A stretch of 64,000 bases of DNA. Source: Raillietiella orientalis (taxonomy: Eukaryota). The notes beneath the pieces are model-generated. The model was not told where the DNA came from and made no database searches. It worked only from the letters and a program-made list of their open reading frames with translations. Of this stretch, positions 24,721 to 37,950 are shown piece by piece; positions within the stretch are counted from its first letter, which is position 1, and every line of letters begins with the position of its first letter. A program made the translations under genes and the position numbers. Where the stretch lies: assembly GCA_036172245.1 (NCBI GenBank), contig JAYWIR010000006.1, positions 4,774,001-4,838,000 of the forward strand. Direction: 5' to 3'.

Positions 24721-25189
24721 GGTTTTTCGCTGTCTTCGACTCTGCGCTTCCACCCGCAAAGTGTGTTGAAGTGTGTCGAAGACGCTGGAGGCCCTCTGGA
24801 GAGGGCATTTTCTTGCGGTACAGACTCCCTGATGGTCTCCATTCAGACGCGGAAGAAAAAGAACGGAGTTGATTGCAGAGTCGCCTGCAAACGCCGCCTG
24901 GGAGAGACGAGCCAGAAGATGAGGACGTCAGGCGATCGAACAGCCCAGGATTTTGAAGGAGTGGGACGAGGAGGATTCTGTGGCGGAAGCAGTAGAGGGG
25001 AGGGGTGGGGCATCGCAAGGAGTGGTCGCAAGAGGACCCGAATCGAGAAGGCGCAACACCAGTGCCGGCGATTGGATCTCTGCATGTACCGAAAGTCACG
25101 CCTCCGTCTCAGCAGCAAGGAGAGCTCCTCCCTCGTTTCCCAGAAAACAGCTCTGCCTCTGGTCGACGAAGGAGCACGACCACTCGAGG

Positions 25190-26308
25190 GTGCATGTGGA
25201 CGGTCGTCGCTTCCCTGGAGGAACGGTCGGGAAGCCCTTGGACCCGCGCTGATCCGGAGAGTTCCCATCCTTCCACGTGCCCATGGGGCTGTGTCTCCTG
25301 GAGTCCCGTTCCACTTACTCAAACGCCCCATCTTGGCGTTCACTCAGGGAAGGGGGGGGGAGTGAAGGGATGGAAATGTACCAAAAACGGGATGGACGTT
25401 CTGGACACAGAAAGGCCATCTGTGCAGCTACCTCCATCAGGACCTCCGTCGGCCGAATAGGCTGTACCCTACGGAGGTCCTGCGTTTTCCTTCTGCCCCT
25501 CCCCATTTACTGCTCCCCGAAGTCCCTATGTCTTTCGGGAGAGCCTCCCACTCTCGCCACAGCTGCCGGCTGCTCCAGCAAGCAATTCGAACTCCCCTCG
25601 CGTGAGGGCATCCCTCGCTCTCCCCGGCGGAGGCTCCCCTCGTTTATTGCCCGGCATGCCGCATGCCCCTTCCCGGCTCCTCGCTCTGGAAAGCGATTTG
25701 GCGGCTGCTCCCGCCTCGAGTGCCGCACGAGAGGCTCCGATGGCCATCGCTCCTGAAGCGGCTCGCAGCCCAGGTAGGGGGGAGGGGCGTCGCTGAGCGA
25801 CTGCTCCTCTGGTCTTCGTCCAGCGTCGTCAGAAAACGGTCGGTAGGCAATGTCCCTCGAGAGAGCTGCAGGAGGTGCCGGCGCGTCGGCAGGGGAGCAC
25901 TGCCGAGGACGCAGGGGGAACTGTTGCAGACGGTCGAGCTCGCACCACTGCCAGGAGACTATCCCGGGACGCGCAGCTGTCCTCCGGGAAACATCTTTTT
26001 CAAGTTCCCTTTCTCCGGAAAAAAGAAGAGAGAGAGCAGGAAGAGGCAACATCAATAACAAAAAAAGAAAAAAAAGCAATCGAGGAGGGATGCGGGGGAA
26101 AAGCGTGCTGGAGGGATCTCCCCTTCCTCCACTTGGACAGCACGCGATGCTTGGGGAGCAGAGGCAAACAGCAAAGCCAAAAGGGAGCGCCTGAAGTGCA
26201 GCGGGGCTCCGAAAGACATGAAAACTTCCCCACAGTGAGGGCGGCTCTTGAAGGGTCCTAGGGCTTCCCGACCGTTCCTCCAGGAGAGCGACGACGGTTC
26301 ACATGCAC
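25190..26308. repeat. 56-bp inverted repeat pair (25190-25245 / 26253-26308) bracketing about 1 kb
   Basis: gtgcatgtggacggtcgtcgcttccctggaggaacggtcgggaagcccttggaccc versus the reverse complement, 5 mismatches. Confidence 0.85.
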
Positions 26309-26371
26309 GCATCAGATCTCACCGTCGAGAAGCAGGTTCGGCAGCGTTTTAAAGCTCTCAGCTCCCACCTC

Positions 26372-26700
26372 AGAAGGAAGGAAAGGAAAGGAGGAGGTGG
26401 AGAAGGAGAAAGAAGGAAGGAAAGGAGGAAGGGAAGAAGAGGAAAAGCAAGAAAGGAATCGTTTTACAAGGCTGTGAAGAAAAGGAGGAAGGGAAAGGAG
26501 AAGAGGTGAAAAGGAGATGAGGAAGAGAGTGAGGAAAGGAGAAGGGAAAGAGGAAAGGAAGAGGAGGAAACGAGGAGGAGAGAAAGAAGTAAAGAAGAGG
26601 AAGAGAATGGAAGGAAGAGGAGGAAGAAAAAAGAAGGGAGGAAGAAGAGGAGGTGGAAAGAATGAGGAATAGCAGGAGGAGGAAGGGAGAAAAGGAAGAG
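26372..26700. repeat. Polypurine (GA-rich) low-complexity tract
   Basis: About 330 bp almost entirely G/A. Confidence 0.9.
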
Positions 26701-27940
26701 TTCGTCTTCCGAATCTGTAAAGAAGGGTACAGCATCCCTGCCAGCTTTGTGGGTGGCTGCGAGAGAGCGTCGGATGGAGGCAAGGAGACCATTTTCCCGC
26801 AGAGTCGAGACACATGAGGGGTGCGACCGCGGTCGACACCCCCAAAAGGGTCGCCTCGCCCCTCCACGGTGCCAAGGAGCGGATGGGGATGCATGCGGTC
26901 TTTGCGCGTACGGGGCGAAATGGCTACTTCCGTTGATGAGAAGCCTCCCCTCCATGCAGACCAAAGACCAGCCATCGTGCGCTCCCAGCTGCGTAGATGT
27001 GGGAGGCCTTCCGAGAGCCTGGAATATGCGACCTTATCTCCACTCGCGTCACTTTCTGCGTGCACGAGTGGCTCATGCTCTGTGAGAAGGAGGCGCCTCG
27101 CACCGGAGGCCAGCGGAATTGAGAGGGGAGAGGCGGCCCGTTGGCCGACCTGCGCCTCCGGTTCCTTCGGGAATGCGCCAGGGAAGGTGACCCCAGATAC
27201 GTCTCCAAGCGCCTCTTCGCGCGGGGTAAACGGCCTCAGGGGCAGCTTCCTTCATTTGCGGACCCGTGGCGGCCTGGAGCGCCGCCGAAAGACGCCGCTC
27301 CGATGAGGCAGCCATCCACTTTGCCATTCTTGTCAACCCCAACCTGTTGGCCCTGTTTAAGAAACATCTGGGAGGAACTCGAGGGCATCCTTAAGAAGAT
27401 GGTCATCTTAGCCGGAGGGCCCTATCCGTGCCTCCCTCGAGAGAAGATTCTAACTGCGGGCAGCTTCCCTCTTTCAGAAGTGGGTCGTCACTCAGAAGTT
27501 CCCATCTTCCCCTTTTCTTTTTTGCTTCCTTCCGGGTGCGTCAGATTCCCCTAGGAGGTGAGGTCTCCTGAAGACATTAGGCCACTTTTGATCGAACCGG
27601 AGCAGCTGACGTCATCCTTTCTCCGCCTGGAGGAGGGGTCCCCTCAAGGCAGGAATGCTCGTGGAGCTGAATGTTCCGCGTCAGGTGACCAGCTCCGTGG
27701 TCACGCGTCTGCGTCTCGCGCACGCCTTTTCCTCGAGAAAACTGACCCGTTCGGGACTCCGGAACACCAACAGGGACTCGGGGAGGGAGCAAGGAAAGGG
27801 AGCGACGCTTTCGGAGAGGGAGGATCAGGCCTCCCTCCATGCATCTTCGCTCAGACACCCCCGTAGGGAGCAGTGGAGCTCGGGGGAATCTCCCGAAGAA
27901 GAGATCGGTGCTTCCAGCTTTCCCTGGTCCTCCTCTCCGC

Positions 27941-28628
27941 TCCCGGAGGGGAGGAGGAGGAACGTGCAGGAGGCGACCGCGGCATCGCTCCTCTCTCGCT
28001 CCTCTTCCTGCAGGAGAGTTCGAGCGTGACCGACAGGATGCCGTACATCGGACTGGTATGTCTTCCCTCCTGCCCACGGGTCTTCCGCGGGCTCCGCCCG
28101 CGCCGACCCGCGCGAGGGGAGAGCAAGGGCGCTTCCGGGAAGCGCAGGGGGAACGACGGGTGCCGGAACGAGGCGACAGCGGCATTTCTGCGCGGGCGGG
28201 AAGAGGGGAAGGGGACTGCCGACCTCCCCCTCCAGAAAGAGACACCAAGGAGATCCCGTGCCCTCATTGCTTCGACGCTCAGCCTGCCGGCGTCGTCGGA
28301 AGGAGCGCCAGGCATGCGCGCTTAGCCGGCCAGGGAAGACCCCGGTTTGAGGCACTCTCCCCGTTGTCTCGGCATCGGAACGAGGGCCACCGCACCTCCG
28401 GAAAAATGGTGCCTCTCTGCAGGAGATCCTGATCCCGGACCCTGCGATCTTGCCAGTGAGGTGAGCGCTCCTGCATTCGCCGGGACGTCGGCCGACTCGG
28501 TCTCGGGGAGAGGACGTGAACAGCGGGGAAGGGCGAGAAGCCGACGCGCGCTCGCGCGGGAAGAAAAAGGAAGGTGAGGAGTGGTGGCGCGGTCGCCTCC
28601 AGCACGTTCCGCTTCCTCCCTTTCGGGG
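27941..28628. repeat. Degenerate inverted repeat pair of about 55 bp (27941-27995 / about 28574-28628)
   Basis: ggaacgtgc(a/t)ggaggcgaccgcg core present in both orientations. A related sequence occurs at about 32150-32255. Confidence 0.7.
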
Positions 28629-30561
28629 GGAGGAGGGGAGGACTAGGAAAGGCTGCGGTTCTTCCCCGGTCGTCGCGTCGGCGACCACATCCTTCTGCTG
28701 CGCCGCAAGAACGCGAGCCCAGCAACCTGTGCTCCTGGCAACACTCCAGGAAGACTCCTCGGCTCACGAGCAGCAAGACGTGCCATCGAGGAAGGGCAGC
28801 TGCATCTCCCAAACTCCTGACCCTGTTTCGCACTTGGTCCTGAGGGAGCAAATGACCTGCCTCTGGGAGCCTGAATTTTCCCCTTCCTTCTGTCGGGAAT
28901 TCGGCGAAGAGTCGGGCGCGAGGAGTGGCGGTCTCAGACGAGACCACAGGGAGCTGGAGGACCCCTTGCAACGCCCACAATGTCCGGATGACTCCTCCTG
29001 AATATCAGCCTCCCCCTCATCCCCATGGTCAGCATCCCGAAATCTGTACTGAACTTGACAGTGTCTCTAGGCCACACGGATGCATGAATTCTATAGTGAT
29101 GCTCAAGAAACATTGGCGCATCATTCTGAAACATCCAGCATCTATCGACATCCCATTGTAGTATTGGTGATGCGAAGCAGGCACGAGCTGCCTTAGTTAC
29201 GACTGGGAACGTGAGAGCTGCCAGATGTGCTGTGAATAGGTTTGGTTAAATGGTGGTGCACTGACTGCATCCATGCCGCGTGGCCTACGCTGACGCCTAT
29301 TTTCAGTGATGATGGGTACACCCATTCACTCACCCATGCCCAGTACATGTTGCCAGTCGGACAACATACGAACAGCACCAATCCTATGAACACATCGGCT
29401 ACTGGGATGCACTCCCTACTACCTGCCCACTGCAATCTCCAGCAAGACCGCAGAAACCGGAGGATGACCCCACTTTGCGCCCTGGAGTCACCTCGGCCAC
29501 CGCACCCACTCCCTCTTCGCCTAATGCAGACTTTCACGCCGCCGCACTCCATCCGAAGTTCCCTCTGCTAGCAGGCGCCTCATGGACAGGAAACCCTGGT
29601 TTGCTGGTCTTCCAGATGGGTCTGGAACCAGCAGCATGTGGGATGGCAGCTGCGCTTCCAAGGATCCGCACGAATTCTCGAATTGCGTTCGCACAGGGTG
29701 CCACAAAATGGCATTCGAAATTTTTTCCGGCCGCCCTGCACTGACTCGCGGTTTCGCGCGTTGGCGTCTCGGTGCGGTGTGTCACGACGAGCTCCTAAAA
29801 ATGGCGCCGCACCTGGAAAATCTCGCCACAGCACATCGGGCGTCGTCCACGGGAGCGGACCGACGAAAGCATTCGGGGCTAGTGGGAAGCGCAGGGCACC
29901 TCCACGTGCTCCCAGCGGCGCGATGGTCCGCACGTGCGGTGGGCGCGGAGGAAGCGAGCGCGCCTCTCGTGGCAGGCAGGTTACGGACCATGGAAAGGCT
30001 CACAAGAGGTCAAAGAGAGGCGGCGGGAAGCTTCCGCACGGAGGCTCTTCCCCACTCGGGGGCGCTCCGCCGCGACCGAGAGTCTCCTTGGCGCCGACTG
30101 CGGGGACGGCCTGAGGGAAGTGCTGAGTGCAAGAGAACCCTCCTTCCGCCTCCGATGCACGTCGTGCGGGCGATCGTTATATTTCGTCCCTTCCTTCTCC
30201 TCCACGTCTCCTCGAAGGAACCTGGTGTAACCCGGCTGCTTTGTATGCCGCGCGAGGAGTCCGCAGCTCGATAAGTCCGCAGCTTCCTGCCGCCTCGACT
30301 TGCAAGGCAGGGAGAGCGGCTCGCATCAACAGAGCAGAATCATTAACAACGGAATCATTCTTCCACCCGGGGAAAGGCGACCTGATATTCACTCGATCCC
30401 GGATTCAAATGATCCGAGTTGCCTCTCCACAGCCATCGATAGAGGCTGCGGTCCCGGCCTGCCAAACTTCATCTTTCACGGCTACAGCGAGAGAGCCACT
30501 TCTTTTGTTGCAGCCGTCTCTCGCCAGCTGCAGAAAGGAAAACACAGTGCCGAAGAATAGG

Positions 30562-30838
30562 AGGAGAAGGAAAAGGACATCAGGAAAAGAACCAGGTATA
30601 CACACATGCACACACACACACATATACGTATATATGCTGGGTCTCTTTCTTCGTGTGTATATACATATATATGTACACATATATGTGCATGTGCTGGAGA
30701 GATACCTTCGGAAATGAGAAGGAAAAGAACACGGGAAAGGAACCAGGTATACACACACACATGTATGCATGCTGGGTCCCTTTCCTCGTGTTTACATACA
30801 TATGTACACATATATGTGTATGTGCTGGAAAGTGCCCT
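30562..30838. repeat. Two tandem copies (about 125-150 bp) of a unit containing (CA)/(TA)-type alternating purine-pyrimidine runs
   Basis: gaaccaggtatacacaca...atgctgggtc...cgtgt...atatgtacacatatatgtg...atgtgctgga occurs twice. Confidence 0.9.
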
Positions 30839-33800
30839 TGGGGATAAGCCGAATGCAATCACCCGTTTCCTTACAACCTCTGCAAGGCAAGAAACAGAAA
30901 CGCCAGAACGAGTCCAAAGACCCACATCCGGTGGGTCTGCCTACCTTTGAATAGGTACGGGCCGATGCAGAACCACTGGAGCAGCAGGCGAGGCGAGCCG
31001 ACCATTTGGACCGCTGGGGTTCGAGCCGACAGGATCTTCTGGAGTGGAGGGTGCGGGCTGCCGGCTTTCTAGCGGCGCTGCATGCCGCGGGCTCCCTCGG
31101 CTGTCGGTCGGGTTACAGGCGAGGGATCCACGGAACGGAGGTCCAGAGGGGCACGGGGTCGGGAAGTATCCCTTGTTAGAGGCGGAGGGCGGAGCGTTGA
31201 TTCCTGGGTGCGTCCGGGTGGGAGCAAGGAAACTTCCGCGCCGGGTTGCCGGGTTTGCACGTGGCGCTCGTGTGCTGCAGGGAACGGGCGGCGGGACTGC
31301 TTGCCGTCCGAGGCGCAGCGCGACTGGGCCGCCGGCGCCCGCAAGGGTTGCTACTGGGCCGCCCGATCCGTGCAGAGCGCAGGCGCGTGCATTCTGGAGG
31401 ATACCTGTTCCGGCCGGCTCCTTCCCGGACCGCCGATCCGGAGGAACGGAGCGAGCGGGACGCCGTGAGGAGCGCGGGAGATCCTTGGGGAAGGGGGGGG
31501 GGGACGCTCCTTGCCGCGCCACTAGCAGAAAGGTCAGCCGGTGCACCACGGGTCAGTCTGAGGACGCTCGCGGCCGAAAGAACGTGCCAACCCCGCTTTC
31601 GTGGAAAATGCCCTCCGGGCGAGCAGCTGGTCTCGGAGCAATGCCGACCTCACCTCCCTCTCGGCTGCCCGAAAATGCAGCGTCCCTGCGCAGATCGGAC
31701 CTACCTTTCCACCGCGCGCGTTCGCTCCAAGTCCGGTCATGCTGGGGCCGTCCACTGGAACGGGAGTTTCAGCGTGGCCTGGAGGCGCGATCTGGGAGGG
31801 GCCTACGCGCAGGTCTGAGGAGGCCACGAGCAGACTGCGCGCAGCAAAGAGGAGTTCCCGCGTGGGAACCCAACGCACAGGGGGACACAGCCTTTTCTCC
31901 GACAGTCCGCGCGGTGTCCTCCTGGACTTCGCGACGGTGGTCGTCTTGCTGCCCTTCCTTGTCGTGGTTGGCATGGGGAGAATGGTGGTTCCGTGACCCT
32001 GCGTCTGGCGCTCTCCCCCTCTGCCACCATGCCGGCCGGCGTTGACATTGACGAACGCCTCACGTCTTTCCTGCTCTCCCAAGGATGCTCCTAGGAAGCT
32101 GCCGCACGCGTGAAGGACTCTCCGCTGCTGGCCTGGTCGCCCGAACTTGCGCTGCCGCGTCGGGAAGGCCGTGGGCGCTTGCCGCGCGCGGGAGGCGCGC
32201 CGGCGAGGGCGGAGATCGCCCGTCCCTCTTCCGCCTTTCCGTGGCGAGGAATGTGGCGAAATAGCCTCGCGTGTAGAGACGGGTGAAGGGCACGCCCCCT
32301 GCATTGCTCCCAGGACGCAGAGGTCGCGAGGTGTGTGTGACCAGTGATCGCTTCTCCTCCCTTCCTGTTTATTTATTTTTTTGCTTGTTTACTGTTCCCT
32401 CCTTTCGACCCCCTCTCTCCTCCTTCCAGCCGACCTGCAAGCCGGCGGTTCATCCTCCCATTTTGAGCTCTTGCAGTCTCGTAGAACTGATGTCCTTCTC
32501 TTCCTTTTATTTCCTTCTTCCTTCCTTCTATTTCCATTCTTGTTTCTATTTCCTCCTTTCTTCTATTGCCTTTCTTTTTCTTTTTGCTGTTTGGGAACCA
32601 ACCTCCCTCGACGTCCCCGGGTAATATTGTGACCGGTGGTGGTTGCACAGGAATTCCACAGCGCTGTGTTCCATGCTGCCCACATCGTATGCCCTCCGTT
32701 GATTTGCCGCGTGGTCCGGCATTAGAAAGGCTCCAGACTTAGTGAAGATCAGGTCAGGTCAGATGGATGCGCTCAGTGCTGTCATCCGAGCGACCTTCGC
32801 TCAGTGAAGACGCAACTCTCACGACAGAGGGCTGCGCAGACGATGGCTAAAGGGAGCAGCAGGGTACATAAGACATACGCGTCCTTTGATCTTCTCTTCT
32901 TGGGTCCTGATGTCTCTGTGCAGCTGCTACCAGATACCTATCTCAAAGAGAAAGCTCAAGAGGGTAAGAGGAGTATCCATGGAGGATAGGCAGCATCCCG
33001 GATGAGAAATATCCCTAAGATTCAGCCGATAATTCTCAGCTGGTTGCGGTGAGCCCTATTTTGAGGAGGAAGAGCTGTGGTTTTCGGAAGCCGCCGCTTT
33101 TCCGAGCAGCAGCAGCTCCACTGAAGACAAACTGACTTCGCCCTATGGGGGGAAAAGGCATTACGAGATAGCAAACATTCGTGACCTAGGAGAGAACATG
33201 GACTTGAAAGACTCAATCAAAAAGCTCAAGAATCAATAGACCAAGTCTGTTGAGAGCATTAGAGCTGGAGACCCAAGAGTGAATCAGCTTCCGTCAAGAG
33301 CCACCCAGAATAACGCAGCCAACTTGTTGGATGGCGAGAAGGAATTGGTGCAACGTTCTGAGAGGAAGTTCCGGTCCACTTCCATCGGATTCTCGCGTGA
33401 ATCTTGTCCATTGTGTACCTGGCACGATTCTCGTGCACTTGACCATCGGATGAGAGGACCTATTCCCTTCCCCTGACCTTCTTGGTTCTATTGACCTTTT
33501 CCTTCCTCTCCCAATGTGGTGAAATTCGGGAGACTAAATGAAAGATAATCCAATTGGGGAAGTAAACGGGAGTTGTGCCGGAAACCGCCTTGCGAGTTGC
33601 TGAAATGTGGGAAAAACGGACACGGAAACAGCGGCAATCTGAAGCCATGATGACTCGAGTTCGGGAGGTTTGCAAGTGTTTCAGCCTCTCCAACGATCTC
33701 CTCTTACCTCCGGAACGCGCAGGATTTTTTTTCGAGTGTTCCCTTGCGTGCTCCTAAAGAGGGAACACACCGTTCTTGCCACAGCTGGCCGGGAAACGCA

Positions 33801-36800
33801 TCGGTTATTTGAGTCGGAGAGAAATCCTTGGTTTCGGATGCTGTCAGGTGCCTCCGTGAAGAGTATCGCTGAGGATTATCGGATGAATTCTAGGGATGTT
33901 TCGCATCCGGGATGCTGCCTCCCTTCCACAAAAATTCCTCTTACCCTCTTGAGCTTTCGCTTCAATCGGAGACGAGCATTTTTAGGGCGGAACCTCGACC
34001 AGTGAAAGGGAATTTTCAATCTTCGGGCATTCACCATAGCAATAGGCAATCCTTTACAGGGTTACAACAAGAGAGCTCATTGGAATGGAAGGGCTGCAGA
34101 CAGCGTTCGGCCCAGAGTCGATGGCAAAGACGGACAATACCGTGTGTGTGTGTGTTTCAAGTTTATGGTGACGAAATTCGTGCATAGGGCGCCTCGAATT
34201 TTTCCATCCATCAGAGGTATGAAAGACGAGTAACCATTCGTCGCTCTTGGATTAAGGGCAAACCCAGGCTGAGATATCAAAAACAAAAAAAAAATAAAAA
34301 AAAAAAGGAAACAGAATAGAGCGGGATTTCATTCCTCTCAGCAATCACACAAGTGAAAGACATCAACTATGCCTTTCTTCCGAAATTATCCTCGAGGACT
34401 TGTCCCTCGAGCTAGCGGTCGCTATTCGTCACACGGTGGGATCATGATGGAAGACGTGCGCTCCGTCTAAAAGCGGCGTTCCTCTCCGCAATCAGCGGTC
34501 TCTTTCTAATTATTAACTCCAAGCTCCGTTTCCCAGCTCGAGTTTTCTTTTTTTTTCCTGGAGTGACGAACTGTCCACGAACCCCAGGCACGGATTTCCC
34601 CCCAGCAAGGAACCGAAATCCCTACCCGTGTTCGATTCCGGCGCCAGTGAGGTCCTGGTTCCGGAAGCGGATCCAGAACTCGGTTTAGCCTTCCCGAGCA
34701 GCTGGAGTGGAATGGACGAGATGAAAGATGATCCGCGAAGAATGGTGCGAGAGCATCCCTTCCGTTTCGCGATCGTCGGCATCCCGAAGTGATTGATGGA
34801 GGAAAGCAATCTGGAAGGGTTCCTCAGCTCACGCATCGTCAGGGACTCCCGTGCCTACTTCGTTCCCCCACCTGCGACGGCAATTCGAGAATTTTCTGCA
34901 GCCGCGATCTTGTCGAGCTCCGTCTGTCGGAGCTGACCGTCAGAGTGATGGAAGGAGTGTCCGTTTCTCCCAGCCACCGCGGAAGGGACGCGGCGTTAGC
35001 GACGCTGGACCTTTTCAGTCCGATCCAACAGGTCCTTTCCTCCCATCTGCAAATTGCAAATGATTCTCATCATTCTGAGTGTCACGTACGGGCGACGGGA
35101 TCGCCTCCCCGAACGATCCGGAGTACCTGAGGTCGAAAATTGCATTCGTCCTGAATTCTTCCCCGACTGTCTCCTCCGGAGGGATTCTCCCTCTCGCGTT
35201 TCGCTTCCTGACTTGTTCCTTCCAGTGCAGCGTGTGCGTGCGCGCGCCGTCGATCTCGGGTGGACGTCGGCTTACTCCAGGCTGGGAAAAGACGTCCTCC
35301 CCTCACTCCTTCCTCACGGGTAACTCTTGCGGAAACATTGAAGGATGCAGCCCGAGCGCGCCTGGAAGCCCCTGCGCTGCTTGTCACGTCCGAGGTGGTT
35401 CGGATGTGTCTCCTGTTCTCTGGAGCTTGTTCGCTCATGATTTACGTGCCCACTCCATCGTCACAAATGATCTCACGCAGATGCACCCCTGTGATCCTCT
35501 GTGATGATGGGGCGAGGCAGCCGTTTCCGCATCGGGAGATACAGCTTTGCTGCCTGGCTCTGGTGGGGCAGTGCCCGGGGTCGACGTTTCCCTTTTCCAG
35601 TTGCATCACGCTGCGCGCTCTTGCGGCAGGAGGCTCAAGGCCAACCCCCTGCGTTCCGCCACCGACGCCTCTGAAGACAAAGCCGAACCTGCAAAGTCCA
35701 CTGTGGACACCGGAAAGCGGCCTCCTCGAAGCCAGGTCTTTCAGGAAAACGTCCGACATTCCTCGCCGGCAAGTGAAGGAGGGGAAGGGGGGCGAAGTGT
35801 GTTCAGATAAGCAGAGAGTGTGCTCTGCCTATGATTAAACAGTCTGTTGTATGCTCCCAGCATTCTGGATGGAAGAAGAAGAAGATTGCATTTGGTTCTC
35901 CATTCAAGTTGGGTCCGCCATGTTGGAATCCAAGTTCGGCCTGTAGCAGTCCATCTCTGATTCCTCCCCTTTCGACTTGTGTCCGGACGCAGCGTAGAAC
36001 TCGGTCAGTGAGGGTACCACCAGCTCTGCCAAAGACACCCCCACCTTAAGCAGAGCATTCGCCGCGCGTGCTCCCCACCGCTCGCGCCCGTCGCAGAGGA
36101 GGAGGGGAGGAGAGAGCGGATCGGCTAATGCAAGGTGAGGCCTGTCCGCGCCAGTCGCCCGCACCTCCGCCGACGGATCAACCCAGTCCCGCTATCGAGT
36201 TGCAGAGGCAGAGGGAATCAAAGAGGGGGGAGCTGGCTTTGATGGTTCGGCGGGAAAGCAGTCTCGACCGTGGGCGAGTGGCAGGCTGAAAGGGGCAGAC
36301 GAACCCGGCATCCGTCACGACGTCCCCGCATCGCATCCTGCAAGAGTAATCTCATTTCTGGTTCCGCTGCGTGCTGAGAAGGAATCCCTAATCTGTTTTC
36401 TAGGGCAAGAAAGAAAGCCTTCCCGGTTTCTCATCTGAAGGACGATTTCTCTCCCTCCGGTAAAATGGAAAGGGGATGCACGGAGGTGCAGGGATGCTGC
36501 AGCGCCGTCACCGGCCAGGGAAAGTCCGAAAGACGAACGAAGGAGCGGCGGAAGAGCAGCTTCTTTCCCCCCATAAGACAAGGGAGGGCATTTCCTGCTT
36601 AGTGGCTGCTCAGTGCCAACCGCATGGAAGTTTTGCTTAGCCTCGTCTGCCGCAGAGGGACTCCTTCCGACTTCTAAACAGGTGCCAAGGGAGGGAAGAC
36701 GAAACAGGCTCTCTGCCATTCCGGGAAAAGCGCGCGATTCCAACGAAGAGCGTGGCTTCCTTGCCGGCGGAGGTCGGACGCGAGTGGAACCTCGGAAGAA

Positions 36801-37489
36801 ATTACGACGGCCAGGAGGAAGGCGAGGCGGCCGGCCAGAAGCGGGGACCTCCCCCTTTCTTCCCTTCCCCCCTTTGGCGCTGCTGCAGCACCTTCAGAGA
36901 GCCGTGACACGGTTCCCAGAGTACCTCTAGATGCAGGGGTTGCCTTGGAGATAAGTTGGATGCTCCTTGGAGGAAGCTAATTGTTTGCGCGAACTTGGAA
37001 GGGCAAGTTCTCCCTGTCCCATGCATCTCATTGCAAAAGTGTGGAAACTTCCAGACCAGGAACGCCTTAGGAGAGCGTTCCCGGTTCCTGATTTGGAGCG
37101 CGAGTTAAGGAAGAAGACACGTGAGCACGTGGGAAGCCAATTTGTGCCCGAAACTTCTGAGTGCTTTCCCGCCGAAGTTGCCGTTCGCGCTGCCTTCCAG
37201 ACAACACGGCACGCGGGAGCTCATCCGGCAGAGGAAGACAAGTTAGGCGGGAAGAAAGCGGGATGTATCCCACGTGCGGCGAGTGAGGAGCTCGAGAAGC
37301 GAGACTCGAGAGGTGATGGACGGACGCGGCCTGCACGCATGAGCTGCGCCCGGATTCCGGGAGAGGTGCACGGCGCGCGTGGCTCCGCATCCTGGATGGG
37401 CTGCACCTCCGGGGAGAGAACAAGCCCAAGGGAGAGGAGAGAGAGCGTGCACCGCACCCACCGGAGCGCGGCTCTGCTCCGCCGCGTTC

Positions 37490-37950
37490 TGGCGTCGGCG
37501 CGCGGTGCGGCTGCGGCCGCCGCGGGTTCGAATCCCGCCCGGGGAAGGGTGGACGCCGACAACGGTGGGAAGGGGAGTCGTAGGTTTCGAGTCCCTCCCC
37601 CCTCAGAATGACGTTGGTTCTCCTTGGGTGAGGCCACTGGTTCAAGTCGGAAATCCCCACAGATTGGCCTCCGGGATTGCAAGCTGACCATCCGCGGTCC
37701 TTTCAGGAGTCAAGGAGTCCATTCCCTTCAGACATTTCTCCTCCGGTTGTGAGGTTGGAGACGTACCATGGAGCTGGTTGATGTTCCCTCGGAGGGTCGC
37801 CTCTCCAGAGTGCAAGGAGCGCGCTGCTTTCTTCGGGGTTCTCTCCAGAGGATGAAGCAACGAGTGGTCCCCTTGAGGATTCCCTCCGGAGAAGAAACGA
37901 GGAGTAGCCCCCTCAGGGGCTCCCTCTGGAGAGAATAATGGCCTGGAGCT
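37490..37950 (+). mobile_element. tRNA-headed SINE-like element, copy 5
   Basis: GGTTCGAATCCC at 37525, followed by gtcgtaggtttcgagtccc, ccatggagctggttgat and ccagagtgcaaggagcgcgctgc. Confidence 0.7.

Noticed and set aside
23941..25365. 474-aa ORF, the longest in the window, with an apparently hydrophobic F/L/S/P stretch
   Set aside because: The length comes from a stop-free CT tract. It is not a credible membrane protein.
28980..29570. Lower-GC block with GVSVGH, faintly like Cys-cluster (CxC/KDZ) transposon domains
   Set aside because: The expected cysteines are not recoverable, so it is too weak to call without a profile search.
37500..37545. tRNA-like T-arm (GGTTCGAATCCC), also at 9137, 13213, 18401, 19415 and 47239
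   Set aside because: No complete cloverleaf could be built, and each is attached to the same repeat body, so these were called SINE heads rather than tRNA genes.
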